A stretch of DNA of 64,000 nucleotides. Origin: a virus. Its lineage: Duplodnaviria; Caudoviricetes. Shown one piece after another: positions 20,538-28,846 of the stretch (its first letter is position 1; each line of letters begins with the position of its first letter). Under the pieces are notes generated by a model. It was not told the origin of the DNA. It did no database searches and saw only the letters and a program-made list of their open reading frames with translations. The DNA is taken from IMG/VR virus record IMGVR_UViG_3300031965_000017, positions 5,552 to 69,551 of that record; one strand, 5' to 3'. The position numbers and the translations under genes are program-made.

Positions 20538-21527
20538 ATGGCAACAAAATTACTTCACATTCCCCTTGATAAAATTATTGAACCTGATGAAAAGCTCAGG
20601 GCAGTAGATCGGGAAACTGAAGCTTATAGGGGTTTGGTTGATAGTATCAGAAGCAAGGGTGTTTTGAATCCTATTAATGTTAGGGAAGTTCAAGACCCCG
20701 AAACTAATGAGACTATCTACGGTCTGGTTGATGGTTTGCAGCGTTTTACTGCTTCAAAGGACGCTGGCAAGGATACCATTCCGGCTCAAGTTATTACAAT
20801 TGCTGAAAGTGAGCAATTGGAGACTCAGATTCTTGCGAATGTTCACAAGATCGAGACAAAGCCAGTAGAGTATTCTCGGGCTTTGTTGCAGTTACTCACT
20901 AATAATCCTCTCATGACTCGCAATGATCTTGCGGCAAAGCTGTGCAAGACCCCTGCATGGATTAGTGAGCGTTTGGGTTTGCTTAAGTTGACCAATGACA
21001 TTGGAGAATTGGTTGATGATGATAAAATTGGCCTATCTAATGCTTACGCACTTGCTAAGCTTCCTCAAGAGGAGCAACGTGAGTTTGTTGATAGGGCGAT
21101 CGGTATGCCTCCTCAACAATTCGCTGCGACAGCAAATGCCCGCGTCAAGGAGCTGCGTGACGCGAAGAAGCAAGGCCGCGATGCCAAGCCAGAAGAGTTC
21201 CAGCCGGTTGCCATGCTTCGCTCCAGAACGGACATGCTTGCCGAGCTGGAGTCAGGCAAAACGGCAACGAAATTGTGCGAGCAGCACAAGCCACAGAATG
21301 TGCGTCAGGCTTTCCAGTTGGCTCTCAAGTGGGCTTTGAACCTTGACGAGGAATCGGTTCAGGTGCAGAAAGCCATGGACGAGGAACGCAAGGCCGAGTT
21401 GAAGCGACGTAAGGAGGAGAATGCTTTGGAGCGTAAGAAGGCCAAAGCAAAGGAAGCTGCTGATCGTGCGGCAGTTCTCCAGCAAGAAGCTTCCGAAGTA
21501 GAAAAGACCCTTCAAACCGCAACCTAA
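20538..21527 (+). CDS. parB: ParB-like protein 1
   Basis: LVDSIRSKGVLNPINVR, LVDGLQRFTA, HTH (DLAAKLCKTPAWISERLGLL) and C-terminal coiled coil. Confidence 0.85.
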   Translation: MATKLLHIPLDKIIEPDEKLRAVDRETEAYRGLVDSIRSKGVLNPINVREVQDPETNETIYGLVDGLQRFTASKDAGKDTIPAQVITIAESEQLETQILANVHKIETKPVEYSRALLQLLTNNPLMTRNDLAAKLCKTPAWISERLGLLKLTNDIGELVDDDKIGLSNAYALAKLPQEEQREFVDRAIGMPPQQFAATANARVKELRDAKKQGRDAKPEEFQPVAMLRSRTDMLAELESGKTATKLCEQHKPQNVRQAFQLALKWALNLDEESVQVQKAMDEERKAELKRRKEENALERKKAKAKEAADRAAVLQQEASEVEKTLQTAT

Positions 21528-21548
21528 TTAACGGATGAGTAACAAACA

Positions 21549-22202
21549 ATGCCGGAAGAAAATTTCCTTATCCCAGTTCACGAGCTAGGACTCAAAGAGT
21601 TTGAAGAAGGTGACTTAGCTGATCTCACTAAGAGTTCAGAATATTTGCCCCAGATTCGAGTATATGGGGCAGCTAATGATATTGTCAAATCAGGTGAGTT
21701 CCCTATGGGCCACTTTGGTTTGTATTTCAATTCTGAAAATATTATTGATCTTGATGATCAGTTTGACTGTATCATCGTATCAGCACGGGCACGAGGAGCG
21801 ATTGTTAGTGGTGAGACGCCCGTCTCGTTCTATGATATTCATAGTAATGAGTTCAAAGATATTAAAACCCGAGCCTTGGCAGGTGAGCAAGGTTATATGT
21901 GCGGACTAGAGTATCTAGTCTGGGTACCAACAGTATCAAAATTCGCTCTATTCTTCTGCGGTAACAAAACCCTGCGTCGTGAGTCAGAAAAGGTTAAGGC
22001 TTTGATTGGCAAAGCAGCGACCTTGAAGATTCGCTTTATCAAAACAGCTAAATTTAGCTGGCATGGTTTTTCTTGCTTTCCCTGCACTTCTCCATTTTCC
22101 AATGTGCCAGATATCGATATGATTAAGCCGGAGGTTGTTAAATTTAACACACCGCCTCAATCGCAAATCGAGCTGGCAGCGGACAGTGGACGGGAGCGTT
22201 AA
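21549..22202 (+). CDS. Hypothetical protein, possibly ssDNA-binding
   Basis: Replication-module context and acidic N-terminus; no firm motif. Confidence 0.3.
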   Translation: MPEENFLIPVHELGLKEFEEGDLADLTKSSEYLPQIRVYGAANDIVKSGEFPMGHFGLYFNSENIIDLDDQFDCIIVSARARGAIVSGETPVSFYDIHSNEFKDIKTRALAGEQGYMCGLEYLVWVPTVSKFALFFCGNKTLRRESEKVKALIGKAATLKIRFIKTAKFSWHGFSCFPCTSPFSNVPDIDMIKPEVVKFNTPPQSQIELAADSGRER

Positions 22203-22224
22203 CGTAGGACATTAGGGGAGTTGG

Positions 22225-22280
22225 GCCACCTCTGGGTAACCTCACCCAAGGTAACAATACCCAGGGGTGGCTTTCATTTT
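22225..22280 (+). terminator. Rho-independent terminator
   Basis: 14-bp stem gccacctctgggta / tacccaggggtggc (one G-U pair) followed by tttcatttt. Confidence 0.7.
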
Positions 22281-22283
22281 CTT

Positions 22284-23255
22284 ATGGGCTTCGACTCAAA
22301 CATAGGCCGTACCGACGAGTTTGGTAGTTGGAAGCCTACTGACGTTGATCCACGGTTTGGATGGTCAGACCCTGAGAAAGACCCTAATACGGGAGAGTTT
22401 CTACGCTGGAAAAAGGGCGATGAGATAATCTGTGATAGATGGACCTTCGAGCGACAATGCGAGTTTGAGGCCACATTAACTGACATTGGTTATCTTGCGT
22501 CGCCCTGTCGGCTTATTGACCATGCACCTTTAGGCCGAGTCTACGTTAGTGGATTAAATAATACATATGGTAACCCAGGGACCGGCAGTCCAGGAGCAGT
22601 CTCAGGTATTTATGAAGGGTTTCAACCTGAGACATCGGACAGCGTAGCTTTTCCAATTAAAGGTTTCCTACCTCAAAACAAAAATAGACAATTCAACATT
22701 GTACCTGGTGCAGGTACACAATTTTTAGGGTCGCTGGATTTATTGGATGTAGAACCTGACCCTAATTTTCCTGACCTGTTTGTAGTTTTACATAGTATGT
22801 GGAGGTTCCCTGATCAGATTATACGATCAGCCTTGCAGTTTGTTGTTAGTGTTTTTAATTGTGGTAGTAGTTGTGAATATGCTCATGTCCAGTATGGTCT
22901 AATACGGGATCCTTTTGTCGCTCCTAATGTTTGGCGGGCACCCTTTTATACTAGTGACCTCCATGCTGCTGAAAAGAAATGGAGTATTAGACAGGTTTCC
23001 CCAACATTGATTGATGGGCAACGACAATTTGTTGAAGTCATTGAAACAGGTCTGGTTGGCCCAGATGGTTTGTTACTTAATCTTCAAGACCAATGGGGTG
23101 TAGCCGACGACGATGGAATTATATCAGCTCCTTATAGATTAGAAATATGTTGTCCTAATTTCTGTCCACCGGCTGATATGGATGTAATAGGTACAGTGTG
23201 GCCTATTCAAGTAATAAATAACTCATATCCTCGGAGCGATAGGTACGAAGAATGA
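22284..23255 (+). CDS. Hypothetical protein
   Basis: Long ORF; the start is set to the ATG after the terminator hairpin; no recognised motif. Confidence 0.5.
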   Translation: MGFDSNIGRTDEFGSWKPTDVDPRFGWSDPEKDPNTGEFLRWKKGDEIICDRWTFERQCEFEATLTDIGYLASPCRLIDHAPLGRVYVSGLNNTYGNPGTGSPGAVSGIYEGFQPETSDSVAFPIKGFLPQNKNRQFNIVPGAGTQFLGSLDLLDVEPDPNFPDLFVVLHSMWRFPDQIIRSALQFVVSVFNCGSSCEYAHVQYGLIRDPFVAPNVWRAPFYTSDLHAAEKKWSIRQVSPTLIDGQRQFVEVIETGLVGPDGLLLNLQDQWGVADDDGIISAPYRLEICCPNFCPPADMDVIGTVWPIQVINNSYPRSDRYEE

Positions 23256-23677
23256 AAGATTCAGGTGACCGACAAACCTTTGAAACAGGTGCAGTACGTG
23301 ATTGTGGGGACAAACCGCGACCAGATTTGATTAGTCCTTTCATGAAAGAAAGGGTAGGAATCTGGCTTGCTAAGGGAGCTAAAAAATACTCTGAGAGAAA
23401 CTGGGAAAAGGGGATACCGTTTTCTAGATGTATAGCTTCATTAGAGAGGCATCTTATGTCTTACCAGCAAGGTAAGACTGATGAAGATCATTTAAGTGCC
23501 ATAGTCTTTAATGCTATGGCTTTGATTCATTACGAGGAAATGATTGCCAGGGACCAGTTACCTTCAAGCTTAAAGGACATACCTAATTATGCTGGATACC
23601 AAACGCATCTTCGGTCGTCTAGTCTCTTTAGACACAAGGGACAAGGGGTTCCTTGTGTCGAAGATGGAACCATCTAA
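23252..23677 (+). CDS. dATP/dGTP diphosphohydrolase-like protein (DUF5664-type)
   Basis: FETGAVRD...KPRPDLISP, GAKKYSERNWEKG, SLERHL and EDHLSAIVFNA motifs. Confidence 0.8.
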   Translation: MKDSGDRQTFETGAVRDCGDKPRPDLISPFMKERVGIWLAKGAKKYSERNWEKGIPFSRCIASLERHLMSYQQGKTDEDHLSAIVFNAMALIHYEEMIARDQLPSSLKDIPNYAGYQTHLRSSSLFRHKGQGVPCVEDGTI

Positions 23678-24239
23678 AAAAACAAAAAAGATGTGGGCGG
23701 ATATGTATTACTCCGGCGACCAGGGGCAGACGCCCCAATGCGTCGGTTACGCATGGACCCATTGGTTGTCTAGTCGGCCCATTAGACAGTTTCTGTATCC
23801 TTCTGGTATTTATGAGCTAGCTCAGCATGTTGATGAATGGGATGGTAACGATTACGATGGTACCTCAGTACGAGCAGGAGCCAAGGTACTAAGTAAGTTA
23901 GGTTATATTGTACAGTATAAGTGGGCCTTAAATGCTGAGACTATTATTGACACTATTTTAAATTTGGGACCAGTGGTAGTCGGTACGTCTTGGCTCAAAG
24001 GAATGATGCAGACGGACAATAATAATTTTATACATGCTACTGGTATTTCATACGGAGGGCATGCCTACTTGCTCTCAGGGGTTGATAAAGAGCTAGGTGC
24101 CGTTCGTATTAAAAATTCTTGGGGGCTTAAGTGGGGAGTAAGGGGACATGCGTGGTTGAGTTTTAATGACTTGGATACTCTAATGTCAAGGAATGGTGAA
24201 GCATGTCTTGGAATAGAGAATCGCCCTACGCCATCGTAG
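23589..24239 (+). CDS. Papain-like (C1) cysteine peptidase
   Basis: DQGQTPQCVGYA (Q, C), GGHAYLL (H), IKNSWG..WG (N). Confidence 0.85.
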   Translation: MLDTKRIFGRLVSLDTRDKGFLVSKMEPSKKTKKMWADMYYSGDQGQTPQCVGYAWTHWLSSRPIRQFLYPSGIYELAQHVDEWDGNDYDGTSVRAGAKVLSKLGYIVQYKWALNAETIIDTILNLGPVVVGTSWLKGMMQTDNNNFIHATGISYGGHAYLLSGVDKELGAVRIKNSWGLKWGVRGHAWLSFNDLDTLMSRNGEACLGIENRPTPS

Positions 24240-24487
24240 GACCAGCGAGCATGTGCCGACCTCTCCACGGTACAACAAAAATCTGGGCTAGGCAGCATGG
24301 TCGCTTGATTGAGGTTAGAATGGGATTTCAGTTCCCAGGTGACAATGTAATTTATGATGAAAACACTAATCCCTTTGACCATACTTTCCATGATAATTAT
24401 GTTAGAGGGATAGGTATTAGTGTCCCAGTGGCCATGAACGCTTTGATCCGAGAAGCAGCAGAGATAGCGGAAAGTTACTTTTTATGA
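24203..24487 (+). CDS. Hypothetical protein
   Basis: ORF coupled to its neighbours. Confidence 0.4.
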   Translation: MSWNRESPYAIVGPASMCRPLHGTTKIWARQHGRLIEVRMGFQFPGDNVIYDENTNPFDHTFHDNYVRGIGISVPVAMNALIREAAEIAESYFL

Positions 24488-24999
24488 ATATAGACATAAA
24501 ATTGGTTTCTGAACCTAGCATCGACTGGGATATCCTTCTATCTAGTTTCCCATATCGCAAGCTTAATAAATCCAGCGATCAGTGTCCTATTCCTCTAACA
24601 GACACTGCTAGGTATCTCTGTGCTGTTTTCAACATTAGTGCAGATTCTGATCCACTAGTTATTTTAAAAAACTTTGGTCATGTCGTGGGTCAGTATCTGC
24701 ACTACTCTTTTACTGTCAGTTGTTCCCTTGAGACATTAATGAATCTTAAGGGTTACACTAGACTATCTGTGTGTTATATAGATACTGGTCCAGGGGCCAC
24801 TGGATTAGTGGCTGGTACGCTGTCTGAATGGATTGAAACTCTCTGCTATTCGTGCTCCTGTGTTCAAACTAGAGATTTTCGAGCTGTCTGTAATTGGTTA
24901 ATTCTATTCTTTGAAAACGAAGGACTAGAACTACTCTTTAGCCACTGGGTTAAAGAAGACGCTGAAGATGGGACCTTTTACCTACGAGGAAAGAAATGA
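24484..24999 (+). CDS. Hypothetical protein, possibly a degenerate ThyX-like fold
   Basis: YLHYSFTV and LVAGTLSEW loosely recall ThyX; the RHRxxSxxxxSxR motif is absent. Confidence 0.3.
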   Translation: MNIDIKLVSEPSIDWDILLSSFPYRKLNKSSDQCPIPLTDTARYLCAVFNISADSDPLVILKNFGHVVGQYLHYSFTVSCSLETLMNLKGYTRLSVCYIDTGPGATGLVAGTLSEWIETLCYSCSCVQTRDFRAVCNWLILFFENEGLELLFSHWVKEDAEDGTFYLRGKK

Positions 25000-25193
25000 C
25001 TCTTGCCTTACGACCAGAGCACTTGGCCCGTTACAATGACTTACAAAAAAATAAAAGGCGTCGAAACAAATATAGCGGACCATCTCTATCTGAGTTAATA
25101 TATGATAGACCTATTACAGAATACTGGGGTCCACAACCTTCAGAATATGAACCTCTCGGAACGCAACACTGGAATGGCGAAACTATAAAATGA
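24996..25193 (+). CDS. Hypothetical protein
   Basis: ATGA overlaps with both neighbours. Confidence 0.45.
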   Translation: MTLALRPEHLARYNDLQKNKRRRNKYSGPSLSELIYDRPITEYWGPQPSEYEPLGTQHWNGETIK

Positions 25194-27007
25194 AATTTAA
25201 AGTATTCAAAACAAAATTAAAAGGGGGAAAATTCAAAGTACCAGTGACCTTGGAAGTTACAGACTCGCGTATAACTTTCCAGTTCCCTTTTAATAGGCCA
25301 CTGATGGCCGAGATTAAAATGATGAAAGGGCACAAGTGGCACGGGTATGACGACAATCCTAGAAAGGTATGGAGTGTAGCTAATTGCTACCGCAATTGGT
25401 TTCAAATAAAATACCTTTCTGGTATGAATCCTTATGAAAAATACGAACAACCTCTAATCGAGATTAGTGACATAAAGCGGCCTCTATTTGCTAATCAGAT
25501 AGAGATGATAAAGCATGCCCTTACTCGGAAGCAAGTGATTCTTGCTTGCGAGATGGGACTAGGTAAGACGCTCGCTGCTATAGAAATTATGGAGCATAGC
25601 GGTCATGAAGATTGGATATGGGTAGGTCCACGTAGTGCTTTAGCAGCAGCTAGAGTAGACTTTGAAAAGTGGGGAGCTAGAGTCTATCCAATATTTATGA
25701 CTTACGATGGTCTCCGAAAGGATGTAGAGACCGGCGATATTTGGGTGCCTAAAGGTTTGATCTTAGACGAGTCCTCAAAAGTGAAGACTCCAACTACAAA
25801 GCGATCTCAAGCCGCCTCGATTCTTGTTGAAGAGATGCGTAAAAAGGACCCTGACTGTTATATTGTACCCATGTCAGGTGCTCCTGCCCCCAGGTCCCCG
25901 GCTGATTGGTGGCATCAGTGTGAGATTGCTTGTCCTGGTTTTCTAGTGGAAGGTGACTATAATAAATTTAAGCGGTCACTTTCAATCATTGTTGAAAAGG
26001 AAGGACCAAGCGGAGTCTATCCTGAGCTAGTCACCTGGCTTGACGATGAAAGAAAATGTGCAAAGTGCGGTAAAATACCCGAAGAGCACTTTGATCCTTT
26101 AGTTGCAGATCACGAGTGGACAGCGTCTAAGAATGAGGTTGCTCGCCTCTACAAGCGTATGAATGGATTGGTCTTAACACAATTCAAGAAAGATTGTTTG
26201 GATCTTCCAGATAAGCATTTTGTACGTCACAATGTAGAGCCAGATAAAAGTACGCTTCGTGTCCTACAGTTAATCAAAAAGAATGCCAAGCGAACTATCG
26301 AAGCTTTAATACAGATACGTGAGCTTAGCGACGGCTTTCAGTATAAAGACATACCTGGTGATGAAAAAGAACAGTGTCCTAGATGTAAGGGATCAGGTCA
26401 GGTCTTAGACTATGGAAATATAGAAAATCCAGAGTTGCTGATACAGTGTCCTATGTGTAATGGTGAAAGAGAAACACCTAAAACAGTTCGACAAGTTATA
26501 GAGATGCCATGCCCTAAGGATCAGCTACTGATCGATTTGCTTGATGAATACGAAACTATCGGTCGCTTTGTGGTGTTCGCTGGATTTCAGGCTTCGATTG
26601 ATCGAGTGGTAAAAATATGTCTCAGGTACAAGTGGGACGTAATTAGAGTTGACGGTCGAGGCTGGAATTATTATGGAGAATCTGAGGTTAAAGGTTCAGC
26701 GGAGATGCTGAAGCTTTTCCAGTCCAGCGACGACAAGAAAGTAGTCTTTGTTGGTAATCCAGCGGCCGCTGGAATGGGGTTAACTCTTACAGCGTCGCCG
26801 GCAGCTTTCTTCTTTAGCAACTCTTTTAATGCTGAAGATCGTATTCAATCTATGGACCGTATCCACAGGCCAGGTATGGATCTGAATATGGGAGCTAAAA
26901 TTATTGATGTGATTCATCTGCCTGTTGACGAATACATTCTCGAAAATCTTGATAAAAAGATGGACCTGCAAGCCTTATCACTAGGACAGCTTAAGGATCG
27001 TATGTAA
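25190..27007 (+). CDS. SNF2-like helicase with zinc-finger insertions
   Basis: EMGLGKT, LILDESS, MSGAP, AAGMGLTLTA and QSMDRIHRPG; CPRCKGSG...CPMCNG insert. Confidence 0.85.
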   Translation: MKFKVFKTKLKGGKFKVPVTLEVTDSRITFQFPFNRPLMAEIKMMKGHKWHGYDDNPRKVWSVANCYRNWFQIKYLSGMNPYEKYEQPLIEISDIKRPLFANQIEMIKHALTRKQVILACEMGLGKTLAAIEIMEHSGHEDWIWVGPRSALAAARVDFEKWGARVYPIFMTYDGLRKDVETGDIWVPKGLILDESSKVKTPTTKRSQAASILVEEMRKKDPDCYIVPMSGAPAPRSPADWWHQCEIACPGFLVEGDYNKFKRSLSIIVEKEGPSGVYPELVTWLDDERKCAKCGKIPEEHFDPLVADHEWTASKNEVARLYKRMNGLVLTQFKKDCLDLPDKHFVRHNVEPDKSTLRVLQLIKKNAKRTIEALIQIRELSDGFQYKDIPGDEKEQCPRCKGSGQVLDYGNIENPELLIQCPMCNGERETPKTVRQVIEMPCPKDQLLIDLLDEYETIGRFVVFAGFQASIDRVVKICLRYKWDVIRVDGRGWNYYGESEVKGSAEMLKLFQSSDDKKVVFVGNPAAAGMGLTLTASPAAFFFSNSFNAEDRIQSMDRIHRPGMDLNMGAKIIDVIHLPVDEYILENLDKKMDLQALSLGQLKDRM

Positions 27008-27324
27008 TGTATGAGTACGGAGTACACTTGCCAGTAAGAGTTATTGACGGAGATACTGTTGCGGTTACTGTCGATCTTGGCTTCAAGATTTCGTTCAACA
27101 TTATTATTCGTTTGGCCAATATCGACACTCCTGAGCTATCGGAACCACAAGGGCCACGCTTTAAAAAGCTGGTAGAAAACTGGTTTGCAAGTGCGACACC
27201 TGATAACATAAAGCTAGTAACATATAAAGACCGCACTGAGATCTATGGTCGCTATCTAGGGGATTTTTTTGTTAACGATAATAGTCTGGTTGAATACTTA
27301 CTTTTAATTATGGAGAAGTCATGA
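27007..27324 (+). CDS. Thermonuclease (SNase-like)
   Basis: RVIDGDT, IRLANIDTPE and YGRYLG motifs. Confidence 0.85.
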   Translation: MYEYGVHLPVRVIDGDTVAVTVDLGFKISFNIIIRLANIDTPELSEPQGPRFKKLVENWFASATPDNIKLVTYKDRTEIYGRYLGDFFVNDNSLVEYLLLIMEKS

Positions 27325-27608
27325 GTTATTCAATGATTGTTGGCGGCATTACATTAGCTAAAGACGGAGTAGTTATGGCGTCGTGTGGTTCGGCTGGAGT
27401 CTACTCCGACATGGAGTATAAAGACATTCAGATGCTGTGGGAATATGCTGATAAAAATACAGCGATCAGGTCAGCTCTGGATACGTTTGCTAAGACTGTC
27501 CAAGCTGAACTAATTAGGCTAGGTCACTTGTCTGGTATCAAACAAAATAAGATGACAATGGAAGATCTAGAGAATGGTAAAAAAATTATTACTGAACTAA
27601 CTAAGTAG
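27321..27608 (+). CDS. Hypothetical protein
   Basis: ATGA-coupled ORF. Confidence 0.5.
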   Translation: MSYSMIVGGITLAKDGVVMASCGSAGVYSDMEYKDIQMLWEYADKNTAIRSALDTFAKTVQAELIRLGHLSGIKQNKMTMEDLENGKKIITELTK

Positions 27609-27620
27609 AAAGTTATCCTA

Positions 27621-28454
27621 ATGGAAGTTACTGAAATATCTGTTAAAGACATTTTCTCGGATATAGACTTTAATTGTCGCGGGAGCATAGCTCCTATCGA
27701 CGTGGTTGATCTAGCCCGAGATATTGAAAAGAATGGGCTACTAGAGCCTATTATCGCTATTCCTGTTAGTACCAATGGAGATAATACACGAGCTAAAAAG
27801 TTCAAGTTCCAAGTCGTCGCTGGTCACCGGCGTTTGATGGCTTTCAAGGTACTCAAGCTTGAAACTATTCCAGCGGTTATTAGAGACGACATTACGCACA
27901 AGCAAGCGTTGCTGATTAATTTGACTGAGAATATTCAACGTAAAGACTTGAATATACTCCAAGAAGCTAAGGCACTCGAAAGACTTAGGGACGAAGGCTT
28001 CACTATTGATCAGGTTGCTCCTTCACTAGGTAAGAGCACTACATGGGTTAGAATGAGATTCGAGTTACTAGCTTTGCCTATCGAGATTCAGGCAGCGGCG
28101 TCGGTGGGTTTGATTACCCAGCAGCAGATACGGGAGCTTTTCCGTATTAATAATCCCGATAGACAGATCGAGATGGTAAAAAAGATTAAGATGGCTAAGC
28201 AGAGAGGGGAGAAAGTCCCTGTACTCTACAAGCCACCTAAGCGTAATATCTTTCGCCCCAAAATCCGTGATCGTAATGGTATTTTTATCATGCAGGGGCA
28301 CATTCAAAAAATTATCGGAAACAATTTCGGAACGCGATGCTTAGCTTGGTCGGTAGGTGAAATTAATGATCTTGAAATCTTTCGGGACATTAAGGAGATT
28401 GCTGCCAAAGCTGGTATCCCATATGAAATCCCTGACGAGCGTACACCACTATGA
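27621..28454 (+). CDS. parB: ParB-like protein 2
   Basis: DLARDIEKNGLLEPI, VVAGHRRLMA, NLTENIQRKDLN..EAKAL and HTH. Confidence 0.9.
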   Translation: MEVTEISVKDIFSDIDFNCRGSIAPIDVVDLARDIEKNGLLEPIIAIPVSTNGDNTRAKKFKFQVVAGHRRLMAFKVLKLETIPAVIRDDITHKQALLINLTENIQRKDLNILQEAKALERLRDEGFTIDQVAPSLGKSTTWVRMRFELLALPIEIQAAASVGLITQQQIRELFRINNPDRQIEMVKKIKMAKQRGEKVPVLYKPPKRNIFRPKIRDRNGIFIMQGHIQKIIGNNFGTRCLAWSVGEINDLEIFRDIKEIAAKAGIPYEIPDERTPL

Positions 28455-28846
28455 GATATAGAAGCTTTTTAGATTCAGTACCAGCGACCTCGAAGCCAGC
28501 GACCTCGAAGCCAGCGACCTCGAAGCCAGCGACCTCGAAGCCAGCGACCTCGAAGCCAGCGACCTCGAAGCCAGCGACCTCGAAGCCAGCGACCTCGAAG
28601 CTACCGCCCACGCTCCAAGCCTATCTAGTTAGTGACGAGGAAGGTAAGCCCAAGCGAGAGATTTCAACGACGCTGGCTTTGAACTATGCAAAGAAAGCTT
28701 ACGAGTGTACTCTCCGCTTTAACATAGATTATAATTTTACCCTAACTCACCTTAGAGTGGGGGACAAAGTATTTAACATGAACTACGAAGCTTTATTACC
28801 AGGCAATAATCTAACAATAAGCATACCAGTCCATGATATTTATTGA
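28451..28846 (+). CDS. Hypothetical protein with (PATSK)8 repeat
   Basis: ATGA-coupled ORF containing an in-frame 15-bp array. Confidence 0.5.
   Translation: MRYRSFLDSVPATSKPATSKPATSKPATSKPATSKPATSKPATSKPATSKLPPTLQAYLVSDEEGKPKREISTTLALNYAKKAYECTLRFNIDYNFTLTHLRVGDKVFNMNYEALLPGNNLTISIPVHDIY
28481..28600 (+). repeat. 15-bp tandem repeat ccagcgacctcgaag x8
   Basis: Eight exact units read directly. Confidence 0.95.

Noticed and set aside
28390-28611. Minus-strand (EVAGF)n ORF
   Set aside because: Shadow of the 15-bp repeat in a + strand operon.
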